Below are positions 10,081-21,650 of a stretch of DNA of 64,000 nt, piece by piece. The position numbers and the translations under genes were made by a program. Each line of letters starts with the position of its first letter. Position 1 is the first letter of the stretch. The stretch lies in NCBI GenBank assembly GCA_965261885.1, contig CBDHDY010000039.1:10802-74801 (forward strand), given 5' to 3'. Source of the DNA: Dehalococcoidia bacterium (GTDB lineage Bacteria > Chloroflexota > Dehalococcoidia > Lucifugimonadales > UBA3495). Below the pieces are notes generated by a model that saw only the letters and a program-made list of their open reading frames with translations, was not told where the DNA came from and did no database searches.

Positions 10081-11200
10081 TGTCGTTGTCCAGCGAAAGC
10101 GTCCTCGCTAACTGGCCAGCATAAATGGCACACTCACCTCATGGAGAATGTGACTTTGAAACCCACAGGAACAGACGAGACTTCAGGTTCTCAACAGCCT
10201 GCCAGCGGAGCACATGACACTGGACCAGGCGGCTACACTGATGGGCAGTGAGCCCGCGCCAGACCCGGCGCATTACCGGGAAACCGGCGCTGCTTCGCTT
10301 GCCCATGGCCACCGGGGTCGCAGGCCGGCCAACTCCATTCCCGAGACGACCGGGAGCAGGGTGGTCCACCTGGCTCGCACGGTGTACGAGGGAGCCAACC
10401 ACACCCATCTCAGCGAGTTACTGAGCGAGCGCGAGGGCCAAAGACATGGGCGTTGACCACCCTGCGGCGCATCCTGGTCAACGCCGGGCTCAGCAGTCCG
10501 CGGCGCAGGCGCCCGCCCAAGCACCGGGTGCGCCGCCAGCGGATGCCCCGGGAGGGCATGCTTATCCAGATGGATGGCAGTTACCACCGGTGGCTGGGCG
10601 AGGACGAACCTCAGTTCACGATCCTGTTCGCGGTGGACGATGCCACGGGCTGCGTGGTCAACGCCCTCTCCTGTGATAATGAGGATACCAGCAGTAACTT
10701 CCTGCTGATGCAGGGACTGCTCCGGCACCGCGGCATTCCTCTCGCCCTGTACACCGACCGGCACGCTGTCTTCAAACACCGTTCGGAATATCAGCCCGTC
10801 GGGACGACAACCCAGTTCGGCCGGGCCATGGAGGAGCTGGGGACACAACTGATTTTCGCCCTGTCGCCCCAGGCAAAGGGGCGGGTGGAGCGGACGGCCG
10901 GAACCTTCCAGGACCGGCTGATCACGGAACTCCGGCTTGCGGGAGCAACCACCGTTGAACAGGCCAAGGCCGTGTTGCAGCAGGGAGAGATGGAAGGCGG
11001 TGTAGCAGGCTAAGCTTCAGGGGATGTCCATCCGACGGATGGCGAGGGAATTGGGGATCCACAGAGACACGGTGAGGAGATACATTGACGCCGAGACTCC
11101 GCCGACGCGGCGAACCCCGGCAACTCCTTCGGCACCAGCATCTGCTGCCATCGCAGGCTAGGCAAAGGACATTTATGCTGAACTTCGACAGCCGATACTC
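10081..11200 (+). mobile_element. Decayed IS481-like/ISNCY element
   Basis: TGTCGTTGTCCAGCGA left end. Frameshifted transposase (QMDGSYHRWL, AVDDATG, YTDRHAVF, SPQAKGRVERTAGTFQDRL) and a C-terminal HTH fragment at 11014-11130. Confidence 0.8.
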
Positions 11201-11239
11201 AGCAATCCTCCGCCCGCTCGGCCCACCTTACCTCCGTCG

Positions 11240-12205
11240 TTCACATTGTCTTGGAGCGGTTCGGCATCGTCCTGAGCCGCAGCGGTTGCTTGAACTACCT
11301 GGACCGTCTGGGGTTTGCCTTCAAGCGGCCCAAGAAGCGTCTGCTCAAGGCTGATGGGGCCAAGCGGGAGTCCTTCGTGGCGGAGTACGCCGCCCTGACG
11401 GAGGAGGCGCGGCGGTCCGGGGCCAGGATTTTCTCTGCCGACGGGGCCCACTTCCGGGCGGACGCCGAACTTCGGGGCAAGTGGGTGCTGAGAGGAGAAC
11501 CTGCTCTGGTGGACTCGACCAGCCCGCGTTACGGCGAGAAGGCCAGCTATTACTCTGCGGTGTGCTTGGAGAGTGGAGAGTGGAGAGGTGGAGTGGATGG
11601 AACTGGATGGCAACAGCAACTCAGGCACCTCGGCGGAATTCCTGTCCCAGTTGCGGCAGGGGTGCGCCGGGCCGCTGAGGGTCATCTGGGACAATGCTCC
11701 GGGGCATGGGGGCGAGGCGGTGCGGGAGTACCTGCGGACGCCGGGTCTGGAGTTGCGGCTGGTGAACCCCCGTTTTCACGAGGGCAAGCTCTGCCGGGGT
11801 ACAGCCCGGACTTCAATGCCGATGAGGCTGTCCGGGATTGAGCGAGGGAGGAGGCCACTGGCGATCTGTGCCTGGGAAGCAGGGAGGCAGTGCGGGAGAG
11901 GGTCGGCAAATTCCTGGCCGGGCTGACCAGCCGGAAAGACGAGGTGAGACGCCGCTGCCGGACGGTCCTGCAATCACGGGCGGAATCACTCCTAAACCAA
12001 TACCACGGTGGGATGTGCATTTCGGGATCTTGAAGATGACCGAAAGGGCTCCACGGCTCCTCATATCAACTTTAGGCCCCAACTGGGGTCGCCCGCTACA
12101 GTGCGGTCTAGAAATATGTACATCTCACCTTGGCTTCAGTTTAGGAGGCTCCCTGCCGGAATCACCACACCCGGCAAATGCGCATCCCACCTTGGCTTTG
12201 GTTTA
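11240..12205 (+). pseudogene. Decayed IS630 lineage B copy (3' two-thirds), interrupted by a MITE
   Basis: Protein fragments nearly identical to 2886-3998 (RLGFAFKRPKKRLLKAD, VDSTSPRYGEKASYYSAVCLE). Right TIR ends at 12205. Several frameshifts. Confidence 0.85.
11993..12143. mobile_element. MITE family B copy 2 (151 bp) inserted in the IS630-B copy
   Basis: TAAACCAATACCACGGTGGGATGTGCAT ... ATGTACATCTCACCTTGGCTTCAGTTTA. Flanks rejoin as CC-TA-GG (TA duplication) and restore the transposase tail. Confidence 0.85.
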
Positions 12206-12306
12206 GTCCCAAGGTTGCGGCTCGGCGCTTTCGGGCCAGACCTCGAGATGAATTAGGTGCCACATCTGTCTGGCCATCGAACTCACGGGTGCCGCAACCG
12301 TCCTGG

Positions 12307-12995
12307 TGTTGTTGTCCAGGGATTGTGTCCCCTTGAATGAAAGGCGGATATGTCACCAGGTTTGGTCGGTGGCGGTCAGTGATGCGGCCAGGGCCTCGGC
12401 CTTGGTTCGATCACTGGCGCTGAGCTTCTTGGTGGGCGGGCTCTCTGCCTTGGCGTACTTTCCGACGGTGTCGCGCGCCATGCCCAGCCTCTGGGCGATG
12501 GCCCGGAGGGAAAGCCCCTGCTCCCTGGCCTGTTGTACTGCCACCCAGCGAGCCTGCTGGGTAGCGGTGGGCGTCCGGCGCAACTGGTGGCGGAGCTGTT
12601 TTGCCTTTCCACCCCTGCCCTTGGTGGCCATGTCTTCGTCGTTGGCCCCGTCCTCATCGGACTATTCAAGGGCGGGCAGGCGTTCCCGTTGGGCCTCGTC
12701 AGGGTGGCTGTTGATCCCACCGTCAGCGCCCCCTGCAGTTCCGGACCGGGAGAGCAGGCGCTGGCTGCGCCCCACAGCGCTGAGGACGGCGGCGGCCCTC
12801 CTGATAATCCACGGCCTCTCCCTGGTACCCGATCATCAGCTCCCCGTGGGCCCGTTCCAGGGCGTCCACCCTGAGGCCTGCATAGCTGGGCCGTGCAACC
12901 CCTGGCAGCAGCTGCAGGACGCGCCGGTGGTATTTCACCGTGTTGTCCCGGGCCACCTTCCGGGTGTCTTTGATGCAGATGACCCCGGTCAGCGC
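12307..12995 (-). mobile_element. IS481-like/ISNCY 3' fragment with right end
   Basis: TGTTGTTGTCCAGGGA end. ARDNTVKYHRRVLQLLPG and QQAREQGLSLRAIAQRLGMARDTVGKY match the 16233-17899 copy. Confidence 0.8.
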
Positions 12996-13423
12996 CAGTC
13001 GTGGGGCCGACCCACGACTCTTGGACTGCAGGGCAGGACGTACAGATGGCCGCGCCGCCGCCAGCGGGCATTGCAGGTGATGAGGTCGACGGGGGCCTCG
13101 GCTGGCAATTCGACCATTCGCAACGGATTGCCCCGGTCGCAGCCAACCCAGTGGGACTTGTAATCGGACCCAAAAGCGGTCGGTCCTCCAAGGGCCTCGT
13201 ACTGCTGCCCCAGCAGGCAGGGCCAGTCCCTTGGCACGTCATCACTCTCCTTTTCTGGGGGCGCCGAGGACAGGAAACGGGTCCTCCTCAGACAGATATT
13301 CTGAACTGTGTTGGGGATTCCCCCTATCTGGTATTGACTGGGGTATTGCAGATGCCCCGCGGCGACGATTGACAGGAGTAATCTGCAAGTAATGAGGCTG
13401 GGCCAATCATTTCTCCGTCGGCG

Positions 13424-14030
13424 TTGACACCAACCGCCTTGCTGGTGGCTGCCTGTGGCCATCTGGGCGAGGCCACGCATACTCCGCGCCCGACCTGCAC
13501 CCCCTATCCGACCTTCACGAGGGAGCCACATCCGGGAACAAGGACGCGCACAGAGGCGACCACGAGGGTGGCCGTTTCTGGCGAGTTAATTGAAATGGAG
13601 GGTGAGAGGGACTGGTTCTCCGGTACGGCACTGTCATATGCAGAGAAAGGGACCAGCGATTTCAGGCAAGGATGTTACCTTGCAGCGATGGAGAACCTCG
13701 AAGAAGCCCAACGACACCGGGGTGAACCGTGTTCTGTCGCACCTGTTGAATACCCGGTGCCCCCAGGCAATGGGGGATGCTGAAATCGCACTTTCTGTGC
13801 CGCCCCATCTTTCCATGCCACCCCATGAGGGAGGGGGATATCACACCGAGTCGGAGGCAACCTCCATTCTGGCGGGTTGTCACATGGACGAGGGCGACCA
13901 CAGGCTGGCATACGCGCACGCAGAGGCGGCTCCCAACGTCGCCATAACCAGTGGCCACGCGATTGATGGCATTGCGTTACTGGTGGAAACCCGCGGTCTG
14001 GCCAAGTCGCTGGCGGACTCACAGAGTTGA
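13424..14030 (+). pseudogene. Decayed lipoprotein with helical (TPR-like) C-terminal part
   Basis: LLVAACG lipobox-like motif, Pro/Thr linker, then alpha-helical segments split over two frames (13424-13783, 13590-14030). Confidence 0.35.
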
Positions 14031-14429
14031 TGAGAGGGCGGTTCCCGCTCATGGTGCGGGCGCGGGTCTTGCTTGGGGGAACCTGCCACCAAGATAGTGC
14101 CACGTTCCCATCGCGTTGTGGACTGATCGCAGGCTGACTGCGTACCTGGGGAGTAACGATGACCGGCGGGTTCGAGGAGGGGATTCGGGCATTGCCACAG
14201 CCCATCGACGGCCAACTTCCAAGCCCGTGGATGACGGCGATGAGGAATCCGCTGGAAGGGGAAGCGTTCATTGTCGGCAGGAATCAACGCAACTGTTACC
14301 CAGCCAAGGGAATTTCTCACGAGAGGCACACAGACGGCCTGTTCAATCGCAGCGGTGAGAGCTGCCGTGGGCTGTGCGATGAGAATACCAGGGGCGGACC
14401 ATCCCCGACCCGGCGGAACACCGACGATC

Positions 14430-16190
14430 TCATGGCCCGCCTCAATCAGCAGGGCGTTTACAACACCCTGGAAATCAGCCTGGAAATAAACCTGGAAATC
14501 ACTCTGGAAATCAGCCTGGAAACGAACGCAGTCTGCTTCTCCACCCCCATGAGCGCGGACCTGCGAGATCGGGCAAACGTCGCCGGTGCAAGAAAGGGAG
14601 AGGAGATATTCCGCTATCTGCTGTCGGAAATCGGCCCCGCCGGTGCCGATTGCCCACGGGGCCGGCACCGTGGGACAGCTCTCCTCCCCCCTGAAGACCA
14701 ACCGGCTGCAGGTCCCCCGCTCCGCGGTTGATATATGCGACATGCAGACGGAGCGGCATCTCATCATACCCATTCCCAGCCTGGCACCGCCCGCGTAGAA
14801 TGCGTGGTCACGGTGGCGGGATGGATATTTGGATGGAGTCGCGGTTCGTGTCCGGGACAATCTGGCATCCTGACCTCTGTGGTGCCCTTCATTTGGTGGA
14901 CCTCCAAGTCAGCTCCCCCAGCATGTTAGGTGCCACAGCATCCCTCATCCGGTTGAAACGCAATGGCGTATCAGGCAGGGGGCATCTCATGCCCCCGTTG
15001 CTCGTTTCTCAGGCTGGGTGCGGTGGCAGGTGTCCCGCCCACCGCTTTGCAGGGGGGTCCCCTGTTGAGGCACCCGACGCTCGCTGCCATCCTCTCTCTC
15101 TCCTCCTCGCCCTGGTGGCCTGCTCCGGCTCCCCGGCCGCTGGTCCCACGGCCACCGGGGCCACCGGGGCCACCGGCCCTGCCTCCGCTGAACCCCAACG
15201 GCTGTCCGGGCCGGCCAGCCTCAGACCCAGACGGACCGGCCGCCGGCGCTGGCCCCGACCGGAAGGACGCCCATACCGGCGTTGAACACCAGGCAGATAT
15301 CGGCGACGCAGCAGGCCCAGGTGTCCGAGATCAAGACGCGGCATGCGCCCACGTCCGAACGCGTTACCCCGCCGCCACCGTTGCCGGCTTTCCCACCACC
15401 GCCCGCGGTTGCGTATCCGACCCTCGCACCACCCACGCTCGTAACGAGTACTGCCCGCCAGGACTTTGGGCCCCGATATCATCTCCACGCACGGAGGCAA
15501 CGGCCTGAGATTCGTCGAGAGCGGCGTCGACCGCACGCCCGGGGAAGACCGGCAATACAAGAGCGTTTAGAGCCAACATACCGCCGGGTGCGTTGACTGG
15601 CAGGTGGACTTGCCCGGTGTCGAGCCGGCGGGGACGGCCGACATCGAGGTCGTTTCCGAGCTCTTCGGCCCCAATGACGAGGTCCTCGAGCATTTGGCAA
15701 TGGAATTTGAACTCAGCCGGGCACGGCTCACAGCTGGATTTCTTTGGGTCACGGATGGGTGGAACCAGGCAACCGGGCCACCGGCGAATGTTGGATTGAG
15801 GTTCCCGTTGATGGAGGACTGGCCGCGGCTGGAGGTCTTGAACATCGTGGCTGGAATGGCATCCATATCCACACCGGTTTATGAATTCGCCATCGCCTGC
15901 GGGGAGAACTGCCGGAGGGAGGTTGCGCGCCGAGCGGGACCGCGGCCGTGCGGCAGTTCGCCGAGGCCTGCGCCGACATCAGGGTTGCCGCCCCAACCAT
16001 GGGCGGGTTGGACGCCATGCCAGCGCACCTCGCCGGGTGGCGGGGACGGTTGGTATCCCCGCCGGGTCTGGGGGAATATCACTCAGCGATCATGGACCTC
16101 CACCGGGGGCGCCAGTCGCCGTACCGTGCCCTGCTGGGCGCAGGCAGGGAAGGAGGTGATTGACCGGAACACCGCAACCAGATAATACTC
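14430..16190 (+). repeat. Copy 1 of a ~1.8-2 kb diverged direct duplication (decayed unknown gene plus lipoprotein gene)
   Basis: Collinear similarity to 18225-20215, e.g. CCCGCCTCA(A/T)TCAGCAGG, ATGTTAGGTGCCACAGCATCCCTCATCCG, and FAEACADIRV(A/T)AP in both. Many frameshifts. Confidence 0.8.
14468..14527 (+). repeat. Tandem 12-bp repeat x5 (CTGGAAAT/CNNNN)
   Basis: CTGGAAATCAGC CTGGAAATAAAC CTGGAAATCACT CTGGAAATCAGC CTGGAAACGAAC, read as LEIS-LEIN-LEIT-LEIS-LETN. Confidence 0.9.
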
Positions 16191-16232
16191 AGATCACCAT
16201 GCCCCAGGGTGGGTCAATGACCGTGTAAATCC

Positions 16233-17899
16233 TGTTGATGGTCTACGATTCGGTCACCTGCTAACTGATCAGCGACTATGTCATCCCCATGAGGGATGTG
16301 AAGTTGAATCAGCAGGAAAAGGCCAGGATTCAAGTGCTTAACTGCGTTCTGGAATACCAACTTCCCATCGCCCAGGCTGCCGAGATCATGGGAGTCAGTG
16401 AACGCCAGATCCAGCGAATCCTCGCTGCCTACCGCAGGGACGGCGCCGCCGCACTGGCCCATGGGAACCGGGGACGCCATCCTCACAACGCCGTCCCGAA
16501 TCGGCCGCCGCTGCCGTGGTGAAGCTGGCCAGCAACGGCTACGCCGGGGCAAACCACAGCCACTTCACTGAGCTGCTGCGAGAGCGCGAGGGCATTGACC
16601 TGAGCCGTTCCACGGTGCGCCGCATCCTAGTCAGGGCCGGCCTGGGCAGTCCCCCGCAGCACCGTTTCCGGCGCAGACGCGTCCCCCAGGGGGGCATGCT
16701 GGTGCAGATCGACGGCAGCCAGCACCCTTGGCTGGAGGACCGGGGACCCAAGTTGAAGCTGCTAAACGCTGTGGACGACGCCACCGGCACCGTGTCCCAG
16801 GCCGTCTTCCGCATCACCGAGGACACCAGGGGCTACCTGGTGCTCCTGGTGCTCCTGGAGGGACTGGTCCGGCAGTGGGGCATTCCCCTAGCCATCTACA
16901 GAGACCGCCACTCCGCCTTCAGGTACAACGCCCGTCACAAGCCGGTGCCGGTCGAGACCACCCAGTTCGCCCGGGTGATGCGGGATATGGGCATAGAGCA
17001 GATATTCGCCCTCACTCCACAGGCCAAGGGACGGGTAGAGCGGATGCTGGAGACCTTCCAGGACCGGCTGGTAACCGAGTTGCGCCTGGCCGGGGCCAGC
17101 ACCATCGGTGAGGCCAGCCCGGTCCTGCAGGAATTTCTGCCCCGGTTCAACGCTCGCTTCGCCGTGGCGGCGGAGCAACCGGAGACGGCCCACCGTCCGT
17201 TGCCGGACGAGTTGTCCCTAACCGCCACTATCTGTTCAAGGACACCCGCAAGGTAGCCCGGGACAACACGGTGAAGTATCAGTGGCGGGTGCTACAACTC
17301 CTGCCTGGCGAGGAACGGCCCAGCTACTCCGGTCTCCGGGTGGATGTCCTAGAACGGGCCGACGGGGAGCTCCTGCTCCGGTACCTGGGAGAGGCCGTCG
17401 ATTTGCAGGAGGGGCCGCCGCCCTCATCGGCGCTGTGGGGAGCAGGCTCCGGCTGCTCCTCGGATCCTGAACAGGAGAACGCCGTCGGCGTGGCCATCGG
17501 CCACCTGAACCAGGCTCAGCAGGCTCTTCTGCAACCCTGGAACCGGCCGATGAAGACGACGCCAACGTCAAGAGTGTAGCCACCAGACGCAGGGGCGGCA
17601 AGGAGAAACCGCTTCGCCGCCAGTTGCATCAGACGCCCACGGCGACCCAGCAGGCCCACTGGGAGGCGGTGCAGTACGCCAGGGAGCAGGGCTTGTCCCT
17701 CCGGGCCATCTCCCGGACCTTGGGGGTCGCCAAAAACACCGTGAAGAAATACATGTCTGCTGAAAGCCCGCCCACCAAGAAACTCAGTGCCAAGGAGCGT
17801 GCCAAGGCCGAGGCTATGGCTTCATCGCTGATCGTCGCAGACTATCCGGGGTGACATTTTCGCTTTCAATTGTGGGGACGGAATCGCTAGACAACAACA
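16233..17899 (+). mobile_element. IS481-like/ISNCY element, full length but frameshifted
   Basis: TGT...ACA ends (TGTTGATGGTCTACGATT / AATCGCTAGACAACAACA). Transposase split across 16289-16522, 16516-17256, 17271-17579 and 17624-17854. Confidence 0.85.
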
Positions 17900-18075
17900 T
17901 TTCGACAAACCCGATAATCCGGGACTTCTATCAACGGCAGCTGGCCGCCGGCAAGCCCAAGAAACTTGTCCTGACTGCCTGTATGCGGAAGCTCCTCACC
18001 ATACTCACTGCATGCCGAAAAACGGTCAGGCGTGGAATCCAGGAGCCCCGGCTCCTTGACACCCAAGACAGCTGC
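17900..18075 (+). pseudogene. IS110 transposase 3' fragment
   Basis: NPIIRDFYQRQLAAGKPKKLVLTACMRKLLTIL is the IS110/IS116 C-terminal motif. Confidence 0.8.
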
Positions 18076-18224
18076 TTTCTGCTGAACTATTGGGCGGCCA
18101 TTTATCCTGATCTTCGACAGCCGCTTGTCAGCGACTACCCGCCCGCACGGAACAATTTACCTCCGCCCTTTACAGAATACCGGGGGCAGACCTTCCCATT
18201 CCCGGTGAGGCACCGACGGTCTTT

Positions 18225-20215
18225 CGGCCCGCCTCATTCAGCAGGACTTTCACAACATCCAAGAAACCAGCGTGGTTCGCCTCTCCACTCCGATGAGCGA
18301 TGACCTGCGGGACCGGACGAGCGTCCCCTGTGCAAAGAACGGAGAGAGGATATTCCGCTGTCTGCTGTCGGAGATCGCCCCGCCAGTCCTGATTGCTCAC
18401 GGGGCCGGCATCGTGGCGCGGCTTTCCCCCACCCTGAAAACCAGCCGGCTGCGGGTCCCTCGCTCCGCAGATGATATATGGGACTCGCAGACGGAGCGGT
18501 ATATCGTCATCCGCGTTCCCAGCCTGGCACCGTCCGAGTTCAGTGCGGGACCATGGCGGTGGGGTCAATATCCGGATGGAGTCGCGGTCCGTGTCCGCTA
18601 CAAGCCGGCACCCTGATCGCTTCGGTGCCTCACATTCAGCAGAACCCCAGCGCAACTCCCCCAGTGGGATGTTAGGTGCCACAGCATCCCTCATCCGATC
18701 GAAGCGGAGTAGCGTATCAGGCAACGAGCATCTCCTACCCCCTTGCTCATTTTTCCGGCCGGGTGCCGTGGCAAGTGTCCCGCCTGCCGTTCTGCAAGGG
18801 GGTTCCCTGTTGAGGCACCCGGCACTCGCTGCCATCTTCCCTCTTCCTCGCCCTGATGGCCTGCTCCGGCTCCCCTTCCGCTGATCCAAGGCCACCGAGT
18901 CTGCCTCCACTGAATCCCCAACGGCTATCCGGGCCTACCCGCCTCAGACCCTGACAGACCAGCCGCTGGCGCTGGCCCCGGCCATGGGGACGCCCATGCC
19001 TTCGTTGAACACCGGGCAGATATCAGCGACGCCGCAGGCCTGTGTTTCCGGGACCAGGACGCGGTATGCGCCCACGTCAGGGAGCGTTGCCCCGCCGCGG
19101 CTACTGCCTGCCATCGCTGCCGTCGCCACTGTTGCCGACTTTCCCACCACCGCCGGCCATTGCGCTTCCGACCTTCGCACCACCCGCGTTGGCGGCACCG
19201 GCCCCCGGTCCGCCAACGCCCGCCACGAGTCCTGTCCGCCGGGACCTCCTGGGACCCTCATCGTCCCTGCGCACGGAGGCAAACGCCCTGGGATTCCCCA
19301 GGAGCTGCGTTGAGCGCGAGCCCAGGGAAAACCGGCAATGAGAGAGCGGTTTCAGTCAGAAGACCGCCAGGCAGGTTGACCGGCAGGTGGACTTGCCGGG
19401 TGTCGGGCCGGCGGAGACGGCCGGAATCGAGTCGTTTCCGGGCTGTTCGGCCCCGATGACGGGGTCCCCGACCATTTGGCAATGGATTTTGAACTCAACC
19501 CGGGCACGACTTGCAGCTGGATTTCCCTGGAGCACGGATGAGGGGAGCCAGGCAACCGGGCCTCCAGCGAATACTGGATTGAGGTTTCCGTTGAAGGTGA
19601 ACTGGTAGCGGCTGGACGATTTGAAGTCGTGGCAGAAATGGCATCCATAGCCCCGTCGGCTTATGAATCTGCCGTTGCCTGCGGGGAACTGCTGGAAGGA
19701 ACGGAGGACGTTGACATCCGTGAATGGGTGGCCATACGGCGCAGGCCTTGTAAGCGCCGTCCGGAGTAGCCGCCTGCTGGCACGCCCAGGTGGCCCGGTT
19801 CGCCCTGCAGACCGGCCCGGGCCTCAGCCGCCGCACCCGGGAAGCCGGTCTCCAAAAGATGGAGGCCCTGGCCGACATTAGCCGGGGGTGAGGGAAACCC
19901 TGCTGCTCAGCGGGTGCCTCGGCGAGATTGATGTTTGGTCGGCCGGGGAGTTCGTGGCCGCCAGGGAAGGGCCGGTGGAAGGTTGCGCGCAGACCGGGAC
20001 CGGGACCGTGCAGCAGTTCGCCGAAGCCTGCGCCGACATCAGGGTCACTGCCCCGGCCATGGGTGGACTGGACGCCAGGCCGGCACACCTCGTCGAGTTG
20101 CGGGGAAGGCTGGTACCGCCACCGGGTCTGGGGGGGAATATCACCCGGCGGTCATGTACCTCTGCCGCGAGGAGCAGGAGGTGGACACGGGCAACCCGCA
20201 GGATTCAGGCATTTT
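18225..20215 (+). repeat. Copy 2 of the diverged direct duplication
   Basis: Collinear with 14430-16190. Has a single unit where copy 1 has the 12-bp x5 expansion. Confidence 0.8.
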
Positions 20216-20397
20216 GACCCGGCCGGCCCTGGTGGAATCGGCAAATGCCCTTGACAGGGACTACCCGGGGACATCGCTCCGGTGGGGTTGCCCGGGCGGA
20301 CGATCAAGCCATTCATTCAATGAGGAAATGTCGTTTGGGATACGGAATTACGGAAATTGGCGGGCGCCGGCCCGGCGGCCATCACCCTCCGGGCCTC

Positions 20398-20600
20398 TCA
20401 GACCGGGACGTAGCGGAACTCGGCCACGGGGCGGACCGGACGGTGCAACGGCAACAGCTCGTCACGGGTGGGCGGCAAGAGCCACATCATCACCCGGACC
20501 GTGTCCCGAAACGGCATCCTGCAAGCCTCTCCACCTGGATCGACCCACGATGTACACCCCGACATATAGCCGGTCTTGAGGCAGTTCCGGTTGCCGTATT
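20398..20600 (-). pseudogene. IS1182 5' remnant
   Basis: MPFRDTVRVMMWLLPPTRDELLPLHRPVRPVAEF aligns with the N-terminus of the 6026-7519 transposase. Confidence 0.75.
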
Positions 20601-20745
20601 CCTGGCCTGTTCCAGGGGGAGGACGCGGCCGGACCGGGAGTTGCACCCCTGGATGTGGGCGGAGGACCGGGAGCGGCGCGTGAAAGCCGGGGTGCCTGCC
20701 GGCCCAGGGGCAACCGCTGAACTCCCACCAGTCATGGCCTTGCGC
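20578..20745 (+). pseudogene. Probable IS701 transposase fragment
   Basis: VAVFLACSRGRTRPDRELHPWMWAEDRERRVKAGVP resembles the IS701 motif VGVFLAY...DRELYLP..W..DRERCR.AG.P. Confidence 0.45.
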
Positions 20746-21410
20746 AATACGGCCTCTGCCAAAGTCTCCCGGCTGATTGATGCAGACTCCCGGGGGCGGG
20801 CGTCCGGCGATTCCATGTCAATTCCATGTCCCGCATGTCGTCCCGGATGTTCGGGACCGGGTCGTCGGGGAACTCCCTGGATCCACAGCGAAAACGGTCC
20901 TGTCCGGCTTCAAACCAGGATCCGGGGGGGGCGGATGACATCAGGTCAGCGATCCGATGACACGCAGTCAGCCGCTCCTTTTGACGGGATGTGTGGGCCA
21001 CCTGGATTTCCAGTATTCTATGATAGTGTCCGCACGTGTGCGAACGCACACCGCTTTGAACTGCTCGATGACACCTGAACACATGTGCGACTGACCCTCG
21101 CCGGCGCGGCATCCGCATCTCGCGTCTGCCCCGCTGGTTGACCACGTCGCGCCTCCTGCCACGCTGTCGGCGCTCGCAGGCAATCCCCATTTCCGGCGAA
21201 TCCGGATACTCGCCGGATGTCTCCCTGATGGAATCCATGCGCCTGCCGGCGCTACCCATGGGTTTGCACCCGTCAATCACCAGGACACCGGCCTCGACTC
21301 CGGGCCGTCCGCCCGGCCAACCCTGTCATAAAGGGACTGATTTGAGCATAGCCAGAACTATGCCTACCGCAGTATCACGCCGCCATGCCAGAACCGGGGG
21401 CCAGTGAAAG

Positions 21411-21640
21411 ATGAGCCGAACACACGCCCGAGTGTCGGTGGCCAACGAAACCTCTGCCGACGATCTGGAGGCTCAGCGCCGGGTGCTGGTCGACTTGTGA
21501 GAAGGTATTCGAGGACGTGTGCAGTGGGGCTCCTGGAACCGGCCAAGGTTGATTCGCCTGAAGGACGGTCTAGCCCCGGAGGCCATTTGAAAGTGGCGGC
21601 GCTTGAACACCTGGATTGGTCACTGCGAGTCGTGGCCTTG
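21411..21640 (+). pseudogene. Serine resolvase N-terminal remnant
   Basis: HARVS...DLEAQRRVL...NRPRL..LKDGLAPG..LKVAALEHL is a degenerate YARVS / RP.L / LDRL pattern. Internal stop and frameshift. Confidence 0.6.
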
Positions 21641-21650
21641 ATGCGTGATG

